Assembly (NCBI GenBank): GCA_965218795.1
Contig: OZ244653.1
Span: 640,001 to 704,000 of the forward strand
Direction of reading: 5' to 3'
Length of the DNA stretch: 64,000 nt
Source: a bacterium
Lineage (GTDB): Bacteria; UBA8248; JACPRG01; G963555815
Made by a program: the position numbers and the translations under genes
Shown: positions 10,113-18,630 of the stretch, in pieces
Numbering within the stretch: the first letter of the stretch is position 1
Layout: the number at the start of each line of letters is the position of its first letter
Notes under the pieces: model-generated
Databases searched by the model: none
What the model saw: only the letters and a program-made list of their open reading frames with translations
Told to the model about the DNA's origin: nothing

Positions 10113-10967
10113 ATGACGGTAAGCCACCTTTTCGTCGCTGGGGCGGGGCAGATGGGCGCGGGAATCGCTCAACTCGCCGCCCAGGCGGGAATCCGGGCGA
10201 CCTTGATGGACGTCAACGAAAAACTGGCCCGCAGCGGCGTCGCACGAATGGAGGAGTCCCTTCAACGCCGGGTCGACAAGGGAAAGATGAGCGGAGAGGA
10301 GAGGGAAGGCATCCTGTCGCGAATCGATGTTGCCGACCGTTTATCGGAGGCGGGCCCCAGTGATTTTGTCATCGAGGCCGTGATCGAGAATATCGAGATC
10401 AAAAAGAAGGTGTTTGCCGATCTGGATGAAGTGACGCACGAAAATGCCGTACTTGCGAGCAACACGACGGCCCTTTCAATCAGCGAAATCGCATCCGCGA
10501 CGAAACGGCCTGAGCGGGTCATCGGGATGCACTTTTTCAATCCGCCCGTTGTCATGAAACTGGTCGAAATCATCCCCGGAATCGCGACGGACTCTCGGGT
10601 CGTGGATGCGACGCGCGAATTGGCCGTGACCCTGGGAAAGGATCCTGTGGTGACGAAAATCGAGACCCCGGCAGGCATTGTCAGCCGGGTTCTCGCGGGA
10701 TTATTGAACGAGGCGGTCCTGGTTTACGAGTCTGGTGTCGCCTCAGTGGAGGATGTCGATAAGGCCATGAAGATGGGCACCAATATGCCTATGGGTCCAC
10801 TGGCCCTGCTCGACCTGATTGGTCTGGATGTCCATTTGGCGAAGATGGAGACTTTACACCGTGAATTGGGCGACTCGCGGTACCGGACGCCCTATCTGGT
10901 TCGGAAGATGGTCAAGGCAGGTCATTTGGGCGTCAAGGCCGGGAGGGGATTCTACGATTATACTTGA
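10113..10967 (+). CDS. 3-hydroxyacyl-CoA (3-hydroxybutyryl-CoA) dehydrogenase
   Basis: Motifs GAGQMGAGIA, EAVIEN, ASNT, GMHFFNP, PMGPL..DLIGLD and GRGFYDY. Confidence 0.93.
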   Translation: MTVSHLFVAGAGQMGAGIAQLAAQAGIRATLMDVNEKLARSGVARMEESLQRRVDKGKMSGEEREGILSRIDVADRLSEAGPSDFVIEAVIENIEIKKKVFADLDEVTHENAVLASNTTALSISEIASATKRPERVIGMHFFNPPVVMKLVEIIPGIATDSRVVDATRELAVTLGKDPVVTKIETPAGIVSRVLAGLLNEAVLVYESGVASVEDVDKAMKMGTNMPMGPLALLDLIGLDVHLAKMETLHRELGDSRYRTPYLVRKMVKAGHLGVKAGRGFYDYT

Positions 10968-11024
10968 GCCAGCGTCCATAGTTATAAAATAGCAATAATA
11001 ATAGGTATACCAAATAGATATATA

Positions 11025-12173
11025 GTGAATTTTAATCTAACAGATGAACAAATATCAATCCGCGAGGAAGCCCGAACCTTTGTGGATGATGTCCTTGCGC
11101 CCGCCGCTCCTCAGCTCGCACGTGAGCACCGTTTTCCCCATGAGATCCTTGAGCAACTCGCGGAAAAGGGTTATTTGGGGGGACCGATCCCGGAGGAATG
11201 GGGCGGCCGTGGATACGATTACATCACCCACGGCCTCGTGGCGGAGGAGATTGGAAGGGGTTGCTCGTCGATGCGCAGCACATTTTCCGCTCACCTTTCT
11301 CTTTGCACGCTTCCGCTTTATACCTGGGGATCAGAAGAACAAAAAGAACGGTATCTTCGGAAGATGGCGAGCGGTGAATGGCTCGGGTGCATGGGATTGA
11401 CCGAACCGGATGCGGGTAGTGATGTCGCGGGGATGCTCTCCGTTGCAGAACTGAAGGGCGACCACTACGTCCTGACCGGGCGGAAAATGTGGATCAGCAA
11501 CGGGTGCGAGGCCGATTTGGCGCTCATCTTTGCCAAGACCGACAAGGCAAAAGGCGCGCGAGGAATCACGAGTTTCCTGGTGGAGATGGCCTGGGACGGG
11601 TGCTCTGCCGAGGAAATTCACGGAAAACTCGGACTGTGGTCGTCCAATACGGCGGAACTGATGTTCGATCAAGCGAAAATTCCCGCTGGCAACGTCCTGG
11701 GGGAAGTCGGGGCGGGGTTCAAAGTCGCCATGTCCACGTTGGATTTCGGCCGTTATACGGTGGCCGCGGGCTGCGTGGGTCTGGCGCAGGCGTGCCTGGA
11801 TGCAGTGCGCGAGTACGTCGCGGAATCGGGGCCGCCTCTATTGCGGGCGCGGCCGGAGGTTCGAGAAACCATAGGAGAAATGGTCAGGGATATCGAAGCC
11901 GGACGGCTTCTCGTAAGGCGGGTCGGATATCTGAAAAATCTGGAGGTCCGGAACACCCGGGAGACCAGTATCGCGAAATACTACGCAAGCGAATTGGCAA
12001 ACCGGGCTGCGACACACGCTATGCGTGTGATCGGAATGGATGCCAATACGGATAGATACCCCGTTGAGCGATTTTTGAGAGATGCCAGAGTGAACACGCT
12101 GTTCGAAGGGACTTCACAGATTCAGAAATTAATCATCGGGAGTCTCGAGTTGGGAATGCGCGCCGTCAGCTGA
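11025..12173 (+). CDS. Acyl-CoA dehydrogenase
   Basis: Motifs GLTEPDAGSD, GRKMWISNG, ERFLRDAR..TLFEGTSQIQ. Confidence 0.95.
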   Translation: MNFNLTDEQISIREEARTFVDDVLAPAAPQLAREHRFPHEILEQLAEKGYLGGPIPEEWGGRGYDYITHGLVAEEIGRGCSSMRSTFSAHLSLCTLPLYTWGSEEQKERYLRKMASGEWLGCMGLTEPDAGSDVAGMLSVAELKGDHYVLTGRKMWISNGCEADLALIFAKTDKAKGARGITSFLVEMAWDGCSAEEIHGKLGLWSSNTAELMFDQAKIPAGNVLGEVGAGFKVAMSTLDFGRYTVAAGCVGLAQACLDAVREYVAESGPPLLRARPEVRETIGEMVRDIEAGRLLVRRVGYLKNLEVRNTRETSIAKYYASELANRAATHAMRVIGMDANTDRYPVERFLRDARVNTLFEGTSQIQKLIIGSLELGMRAVS

Positions 12174-12226
12174 TGACCTCGAAGGGTGGTCGATAGAGTC
12201 GGATGATCAGAGGCAGCCGAAATCAT

Positions 12227-12751
12227 ATGAGACGAACGGCCCTAACCCTTGGATGTATCCTCTTCATCTCTGGATGCGGGTTCTCTTCGCGATGGGCTTC
12301 GGAGCCCGATCCATCGGATGATCGCTCTTCGGGCGGAGAGCAGACAGCCGCCCTTGAGCGCCGGCGGATTCAGCCGTGTCCATCGTTTCTCGATATCAAT
12401 CCTGTTCAATCAACGGTTCGGGGGGTATGGCTGGCGAATCGCCGAATTCCCTTTAAAATGCGAATTGCCGGGAAACTTCAGATCAACCCCGGTTTGCGGG
12501 ATGTTTCAGAGATTCTCCTCGTGCTGGATGACTGGCGCACCGATGCCTGCAAATCCAGGCGGACCGCGAAAGGAGCCGAGCGCGCGAAAATCGACCGCAA
12601 AATCGTGAAAGTAGATAATTACCTTCGTGCGTTCACGCTGGTCTTGACGATTCCTTATACCACCCGGGGGGAGGCGGAGGAGGAACTTCGAAAATGGGTG
12701 CGGGAGGTACGGGATCGCCTCCTGAGAGAGTTAATGCGTGGGACCGGCTGA
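12227..12751 (+). CDS. Hypothetical lipoprotein
   Basis: MRRTALTLGCILFISGC has a lipobox-like signal peptide. No family was recognised. Confidence 0.5.
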   Translation: MRRTALTLGCILFISGCGFSSRWASEPDPSDDRSSGGEQTAALERRRIQPCPSFLDINPVQSTVRGVWLANRRIPFKMRIAGKLQINPGLRDVSEILLVLDDWRTDACKSRRTAKGAERAKIDRKIVKVDNYLRAFTLVLTIPYTTRGEAEEELRKWVREVRDRLLRELMRGTG

Positions 12752-12818
12752 GGGTCGTTGGCCCGATCAGTGCCGTGAGAGTGGACGCCGTGATCAGGGT
12801 ATCCTCGCTTGGGGATCG

Positions 12819-13249
12819 ATGCGAATGGCGAGGGCGGTTATTGCGGTTTCCTTGATCGTGGGAGGTTTCGCGTTGGGCCCGACGGCTTGGGCTTTCGTCC
12901 AATCCGAGTCTTCCTGCAAGAGTTTCCGACGGTCGTATAAAGGTGAAAGCGCGGCAGGGTGCTTTGCGAGATTGAAGAATTGGCCGCGTGCGTGGATGTG
13001 ACCAAGGATGTCATGGGTCGGCTCGAACTGATTCAGCGCCAGGTCAAGGACGCGGGCGAGAAAGAACTCCTGATCGGGGCCAGAAGTTTGATGGCCGCCG
13101 GGCTGAATGAGGCCCGGGCGGTTGTGGCCTATCAGGAATCCGGAGCGGACACGGCTTGCATTCTCCTGGGCAACGTTCAAACCCATCTTGCGAATGCGGA
13201 TGATACTTTTGTTCTCCTTCCACCCAAACACTGGCGGACCGATGCGTAA
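12819..13249 (+). pseudogene. Frameshifted secreted hypothetical protein
   Basis: A signal peptide ending AWA is in one frame and a helical continuation LCEIEELAAC... is in another. The shift lies near 12955-12960. Confidence 0.45.
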
Positions 13250-13416
13250 CGGGTCGTCAGCAGGTGAAACGAACCTCGAATATCGACCGTCGTCCAGGTA
13301 AGATCGTGCCACGTGTCTATCCGAGTGACAGGGTATTTTGAAGTCGGCCACAATTTTTCCTGTACCCGTTTGACCCAGAGGGTCTTCCGTGCATCAGTGG
13401 ACGGACTGGAGCGCCA

Positions 13417-14160
13417 GTGAGGATTCTCCTCAGTAACGATGACGGTATCGATTCCGCCGGTTTGAAATCCCTGTATGACGCTCTGAGCGAGGATCATCAG
13501 GTTGTGGTCGTCGCTCCTGACAGGGAGAGAAGCGCGGCCGGGCATTCGCTCACGCTCCATCGTCCCCTCCGAGTCCAGGAAGTCAGCCAAGGCTGGTATT
13601 CAGTCGACGGCACGCCGACCGATTGTGTCCACTTGGCGCTGAACGGCCTTCTTTGCGGGTCGCGGCCGGAGATGGTCGTGGCAGGCATCAACATGGGAGC
13701 CAATCTTGGCAGCGATATCACATATTCCGGGACCGTGGCGGCTGCGATCGAAGGCACACTATCCGGCGTGCCGTCGATCGCTGTATCGCTGGCCTCCCGG
13801 GGGCCCTTTGAGTTCGGACCGGCTGCGGAATTGACGGCCAACCTCGTCTCAATTGTTGCGGAAAAGACCCTGCCCGAGGATACCCTATTGAATGTCAACG
13901 TGCCGGATGTTTCAAAGAGGCCGATCCGCGGAGTCCGGGTGACCCGGCAGGGGAAGAGTGTCTGCGGCGAAGCCATCGTCGAAAAGGTAGACCCCCGCGG
14001 CCAGAAGTATTTCTGGATTGGAAGCGGGAAACTCGAATGGACGAAATGCGGCGATACGGATTTGGACGCAGTTCACGAAGGCATCATTTCCATCACCCCC
14101 CTGCATCTGAATTTGACCAATGAAGTCGCCTATCAAGAACTCTTGCAATGGAGTTTTTGA
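13417..14160 (+). CDS. surE: 5'/3'-nucleotidase SurE
   Basis: Motifs ILLSNDDG, VAPDRERS, DGTPTDCV, GIN.GANLG, YSGTVAAA and SITPL. Confidence 0.97.
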   Translation: MRILLSNDDGIDSAGLKSLYDALSEDHQVVVVAPDRERSAAGHSLTLHRPLRVQEVSQGWYSVDGTPTDCVHLALNGLLCGSRPEMVVAGINMGANLGSDITYSGTVAAAIEGTLSGVPSIAVSLASRGPFEFGPAAELTANLVSIVAEKTLPEDTLLNVNVPDVSKRPIRGVRVTRQGKSVCGEAIVEKVDPRGQKYFWIGSGKLEWTKCGDTDLDAVHEGIISITPLHLNLTNEVAYQELLQWSF

Positions 14161-14214
14161 CTCCGGAGCAGTGAGAGATGCAGGGCGGCATTGATTTTTG
14201 ATTGATTCGGCAGG

Positions 14215-14937
14215 GTGCGCGGAGACCGAATGTTGAGATTCCCGTTTCATACGAACGGCCGGGAGAGGAAATGCAACGGAGAGGATTCCCCCTCTTTTGC
14301 CAGAGAGCGAAACCGAATGGTCGACGACCAAGTCGCCGCGCGCGGGATCGCCGACCCCCGCGTATTGGACGCCATGCGGCGCGTTCCTCGTCATCTGTTC
14401 GTTGAAGAGGCGCTTCAGTCTCGCGCTTACGGCGACCACCCGCTCCCTATTGGAGAAGGGCAGACGATTTCCCAGCCCTTCATCGTGGCCCTGACCTGCC
14501 AGGCCCTCGCCCTGAATGGATCAGAGCGGGTTCTGGAAATCGGAACCGGCTCCGGGTATCAGACGGCCATTCTGGCGGAGTTGGCCGAGAAAGTGTTCTC
14601 CGTCGAGCGGTTGAACTCGCTGGCGAGCGTCGCGCGCGAGCGGCTGGACCGCCTCGGCTATCATAATGTCGCCTGCTGGATTTCGGACGGAAGTCTCGGG
14701 TGGTCCTCCGAGGCGCCGTTTGACGGAATCGCAGTCGCCGCCAGCGCTCCTGGGATCCCACCCCCGCTGAAAGCCCAGCTTGGAGAGAAAGGCCGCCTCG
14801 TATTGCCGGTGGGCGATCAGGAGGAGCAGGCTCTGCTTCGGGTAACCAGGGCCGGAGACCTGTATGAGAGTGTTACGCTGAGCCCCTGTGTCTTTGTCCG
14901 GCTGGTGGGAAGACACGGCTGGACGTCCGGGGACTGA
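14215..14937 (+). CDS. pcm: Protein-L-isoaspartate O-methyltransferase
   Basis: Motifs VPRHLFV, GQTISQP and VLEIGTGSGYQTA; follows surE. The start is uncertain. Confidence 0.95.
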   Translation: MRGDRMLRFPFHTNGRERKCNGEDSPSFARERNRMVDDQVAARGIADPRVLDAMRRVPRHLFVEEALQSRAYGDHPLPIGEGQTISQPFIVALTCQALALNGSERVLEIGTGSGYQTAILAELAEKVFSVERLNSLASVARERLDRLGYHNVACWISDGSLGWSSEAPFDGIAVAASAPGIPPPLKAQLGEKGRLVLPVGDQEEQALLRVTRAGDLYESVTLSPCVFVRLVGRHGWTSGD

Positions 14938-15007
14938 TTTTTCAGCAGGGGTTGGCAAACACGAGGAAGTTTCATTAAATAAAATGGCATTGTCGGCGAG
15001 TGTCGAT

Positions 15008-15084
15008 CGGGGCGTAGCGCAGCCTGGTAGCGCGCTTGCTTCGGGAGCAAGAGGTCAGGAGTTCAAATCTCCTCGCCCCGACCA
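15008..15084 (+). tRNA. tRNA-Pro(CGG)
   Basis: CGGGGCGTAGCGCAGCCTGGTAGCGC..., anticodon arm CTTGC-TTCGGGA-GCAAG, ends CGCCCCGACCA. Confidence 0.95.
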
Positions 15085-15088
15085 TGGT

Positions 15089-15128
15089 GAAGGGGAACCG
15101 GCTTTTGCGTGTCGGTTCCCCTTCTTTT
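15089..15128 (+). terminator. Intrinsic terminator after tRNA-Pro
   Basis: Hairpin GAAGGGGAACCGGC...GTCGGTTCCCCTTC followed by TTTT. Confidence 0.75.
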
Positions 15129-15170
15129 CCAGTTCTTCGGATTGTCTGACTTGGATAGCTTCCTGTCAGG

Positions 15171-15200
15171 TTGACAGTCCTTTTGGCCTTCTCCTAGAAT
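15171..15200 (+). promoter_or_regulatory. Putative sigma70-type promoter of the oxidoreductase/DAHPS/AroE cassette
   Basis: TTGACA-N18-TAGAAT about 60 nt upstream of the start at 15261. Confidence 0.6.
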
Positions 15201-15260
15201 TTCGGGCGTTTTTCAAAGGAAATTTCCGTTTTCTCTATCTCAATCTCAAAGGAAATCCTC

Positions 15261-16283
15261 TTGAAGGTTTTGCAAATCGGGCTGAGCGGATTTGGAAAAA
15301 ATCACGTCGAGGCGTGGGCTCGCATGGGCATGGCGGACTCGCTCTATATCGCCGATTTCAGACCCGAGGCATTCGATCTGCTCGCGCGCTACCAGATCCC
15401 CCCCGAGCAATTTTCAACAGATCTCGAAACGTTTCTGGGCGACGTTGACGTTGTGGATGTCGTCACGCCCTCGGACAGCCATTTCCCATTGTGCCGGACG
15501 GCCATCAAGGCGGGAAAAGACGTCTTCGTTGAGAAGCCGATCACGGTAAAGACGGAGGAGGCCGAAGCCCTCGCCCGGTTGGTGGGGGAGTCCGAAAAGA
15601 TTCTACAGGTAGGATACTATTACCGGTACCATCCGATCTCGCGGTTCATCAAGGAACGAATCGATGCGGGGTCCCTGGGCGAGATTCGCTACATCGCCGG
15701 GAACTTCCTGGGATTCAAGCGGGCGAGGAACGACGTCGGAGTGACCCACACCGATGCCATTCATTTCTTTGATTTGTACAATTGGTTTTTGGGGCCGGCC
15801 GAGACGGTATTGACGTCTGTTGTCCGGGACCATTTCGGACGGGGTCTGGAGGACACCTCGCTGGTGGTGCTCGAGTATCCCGGCGGAGCCATCGGAAGGG
15901 TGGAATCCGGGTACATCCAGCCGGGCCGGTGGATTGAGAAGGTGGTCCCCAAGGCGATGACCACAAAAGATCTCTGGGTCATAGGTTCGGAGGCCGCGAT
16001 CGTGGCGGATTTCGAGGTCGAAACGCTAACGGTGCACAAAGTCCGCCATGAGTTGATCGACGGCACCTGGACGGCGATTCGGGGCGGAGCGGAAACACCG
16101 GTCCTCGGAACGGCCAGTCCGGTCGATCAAATCATTATGGAGCTGGAGGCCTTTATCGAATCCGTCAAGACGCGGAAGCCGCCGGCTGCGGGGGTTGTCA
16201 ACAGCGGTGTGCACTTGGCCAAAATAATGGATGCGGTCTATGAATCCAGCCGGGAACGGCGGGCTATTCCCCTGAATCTCTAG
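15261..16283 (+). CDS. Gfo/Idh/MocA family NAD(P)-dependent oxidoreductase
   Basis: Motifs IGLSGFGKNH, VTPSDSH, GKDVFVEKP and DAIHFFD. Confidence 0.9.
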   Translation: MKVLQIGLSGFGKNHVEAWARMGMADSLYIADFRPEAFDLLARYQIPPEQFSTDLETFLGDVDVVDVVTPSDSHFPLCRTAIKAGKDVFVEKPITVKTEEAEALARLVGESEKILQVGYYYRYHPISRFIKERIDAGSLGEIRYIAGNFLGFKRARNDVGVTHTDAIHFFDLYNWFLGPAETVLTSVVRDHFGRGLEDTSLVVLEYPGGAIGRVESGYIQPGRWIEKVVPKAMTTKDLWVIGSEAAIVADFEVETLTVHKVRHELIDGTWTAIRGGAETPVLGTASPVDQIIMELEAFIESVKTRKPPAAGVVNSGVHLAKIMDAVYESSRERRAIPLNL

Positions 16284-16309
16284 AGTCGATTTGGGAAGGG
16301 GAGCGAGAG

Positions 16310-17173
16310 GTGAAAGACATAACTCAGAAGGATATAGAGAAGAATTTCCCGTTGGTGTCCCGTCGCAACGGCGGCGAGCGGAGTACCGTTCGCGTGGGAG
16401 ACGTGGTGATAGGTGGGAACCGGCTCGTGGTCATGGCGGGTCCCTGCACCATCGAAAATATCGATCAGCTCCGAGACATTGCCCGGCACGTGAAGGGTAG
16501 TGGGGCCGTCCTCCTTCGGGGCGGGGCCTATAAGCCGATGACCTTCCCGTATCGAAATGAAAAAACATTTGAGCTGGGCGAAGATGGATTGGCCCAACTC
16601 CGGCAGGTCCGGGAAGAAGTCGGGTTGCCCGTCGTGACCGAGGTCGTGGACGTTCGGTTGGTGGGGCAGGTGGCCGAGACGGCGGACATGGTTCAGGTCG
16701 GGGCGCGGAACATGCAGAACTTTCCACTGCTCGAAGAACTCGCCCGGTGCGGAAAGCCCGTTCTTCTCAAGCGGCACTTTGGTTGCAGTCTGCGTGATTG
16801 GCTGGGTGCGGCCGAGTACCTCTATCATTTGGGAAACGACCAAGTCGTGCTGTGCGAGCGAGGGATCGTCGCGCCTCATACGCACGAGCCGACGGCACGG
16901 TTCATTGTGGATATCCAGGCGGTACCGGCGGTGCACAAGTACTCCCATCTGCCCATCGTCATCGATCCCAGCCATGCGACGTTCAACCGGGAATTTGTTC
17001 CCTCCATCTCCAAGGCCGCCATCGCCGCGGGGGCTGACGGCTTGATCCTGGAGGTGCATCCGACACCGCAGGAAGCGGCCGTGGACCCACTCCAGGCGCT
17101 CAGCTATGACGTGTTCGACGAGTTGATGAGTACGCTGCGCACCTTGGCCCCGGTGGTAGACAAGTCGCTGTAA
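16310..17173 (+). CDS. DAHP synthase type I-beta-like PEP aldolase (no regulatory domain)
   Basis: Motifs MAGPC, LRGGAYKP, QVGARNMQNF, KPVLLKR, LCERGI, DPSH and LEVHP. The substrate loop is variant (KPMT). Confidence 0.85.
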   Translation: MKDITQKDIEKNFPLVSRRNGGERSTVRVGDVVIGGNRLVVMAGPCTIENIDQLRDIARHVKGSGAVLLRGGAYKPMTFPYRNEKTFELGEDGLAQLRQVREEVGLPVVTEVVDVRLVGQVAETADMVQVGARNMQNFPLLEELARCGKPVLLKRHFGCSLRDWLGAAEYLYHLGNDQVVLCERGIVAPHTHEPTARFIVDIQAVPAVHKYSHLPIVIDPSHATFNREFVPSISKAAIAAGADGLILEVHPTPQEAAVDPLQALSYDVFDELMSTLRTLAPVVDKSL

Positions 17174-17197
17174 CCCCTCCGAAAGGAAAGATCCGCA

Positions 17198-18310
17198 ATG
17201 GTCAGCGATCTGGGCGATATCCAGGACTGTATATCCAATCCGCTTCAAAAAGAGGTGGAGTCCATCTCGTATTTTGTCGGAATTGTGGGCGATCGCCCGT
17301 CTCAATACGCCAAAAGCCCGACGATTTGGAACCCGACCCTGAAAAAGTTCGAGTTCGACGCTTTCTACGTCGCCTTCGATGTGGAAGAGGCCAAGCTCTC
17401 GGATCTCCTGCGGGTCTTGAAAGCCCACCCCCAGCTCCTTGGTTTCAACGTGACCGTCCCCTATAAAGTGAAAATTCTTCCCCTGCTGGACGAACTGGAA
17501 CCCAAGGCGGAGCGGATTGGGGCCGTGAACACAGTGATGAGGGAGCCCGATGGCCGCCTCGTGGGCTACAACACCGATGGGCAGGGCGGAATCGACAGCC
17601 TGACCCAGGTTCAGCCCGGGGAAAGCGGGGTGTTCATCTCTGGATTAAAAGGCGTAAAGACATTGTTGATCGGCGCCGGCGGCGCGGCGGCCGCACTGGC
17701 CCATTACATCAATGAATCGAGTGAGGGCGCTCCGTTGAAGATCGCCAATCGAACGAAGGAGACCGCCGAAGCCCTGGCCGATTCAGTCAACGGCGCGGGA
17801 GGGGCGGCTACCGTGGTCTCCGAGTCGGAGATCGAGAACGTTGCTCCGGACGTGGACCTGATCGTCAACGCGACAGTCAAAGGGCAGAGCGGGATCCGCC
17901 AGCTTTCAGGAGGGGTGGCGACTTGCATGGAGCCTTATTCGTCTTTGGCCGGGGCGAACCCCGCACCCGTTCCCGAGCCTAGATCGGACGGCGAGGATCG
18001 GTTTTACGCGGCATGGTGGAAGAACTCGGTTGGGGACGTGGTCGAGAATCAGAGAACTTCCTCCGAACTTGCCTCAAGGATTCCCACCGAAGTACGCTTC
18101 TATGATGCGATTTATTCCCCGCAGGAGACCGTTTTTCTGCGCCATGGCCGGCTCAGCGGGCACCGGACCCTAAACGGCAAGGGGATGAACGTCTGCCAGG
18201 CGGCCGACGGTTTCTTCAACCGAATCATGGCCCGGTATCTTGAAGAGCAAAACCTGAAGAATCAGGAAATCTATACGGCAATTCGGGACTTTATGTATCA
18301 AGTGTGGTAG
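17198..18310 (+). CDS. Shikimate dehydrogenase-like protein (AroE family, divergent)
   Basis: Motifs NVTVPYK, IGAVNT, GYNTDG, GAGGAA, ANRT and YDAIYSPQET. Confidence 0.85.
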   Translation: MVSDLGDIQDCISNPLQKEVESISYFVGIVGDRPSQYAKSPTIWNPTLKKFEFDAFYVAFDVEEAKLSDLLRVLKAHPQLLGFNVTVPYKVKILPLLDELEPKAERIGAVNTVMREPDGRLVGYNTDGQGGIDSLTQVQPGESGVFISGLKGVKTLLIGAGGAAAALAHYINESSEGAPLKIANRTKETAEALADSVNGAGGAATVVSESEIENVAPDVDLIVNATVKGQSGIRQLSGGVATCMEPYSSLAGANPAPVPEPRSDGEDRFYAAWWKNSVGDVVENQRTSSELASRIPTEVRFYDAIYSPQETVFLRHGRLSGHRTLNGKGMNVCQAADGFFNRIMARYLEEQNLKNQEIYTAIRDFMYQVW

Positions 18311-18419
18311 CCGGGGTCTCTACCCCCCCTTGTCAAGCTTCAATTGAGACGTGATTCCGGACCAACATGTCTTTGGAGTGGGGGTCCAGAGAAATCTGCC
18401 TCCTCAGTGAGTCCACTTC

Positions 18420-18600
18420 ATATTGCCGCGTCCTGGGAGCACACGAACCGGTTGGAAGCGGATTCGGCCTGTTATCTGCGAGACCAAATCGAATATGCAC
18501 TGGCCATGGGTGTTTTCGGTCGACTTCTGGCAGGACCTTCGTCCAGAGAAAGCTGAAGCGACTGTTCGCCTACCGGCAAAACATTTCTGATCGGGAACTT
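18420..18600 (+). pseudogene. SRPBCC-domain remnant
   Basis: ASWEHTNRLE...LRDQIEYALAMGVFGRLLAG, then a frameshift to FVQRKLKRLFAYRQ. SRPBCC is a common partner of TIGR01777. Confidence 0.6.
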
Positions 18601-18630
18601 GCGGAACGGCCGGATAGGAGAAACAAGGTC

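Noticed and set aside
14888-15448. 186-aa ORF
   Set aside because: It runs through tRNA-Pro, its terminator and the next promoter.
15008-18400. Integrative element at tRNA-Pro
   Set aside because: No integrase and no duplicated tRNA 3' end (att site) were seen, so mobility is unsupported.
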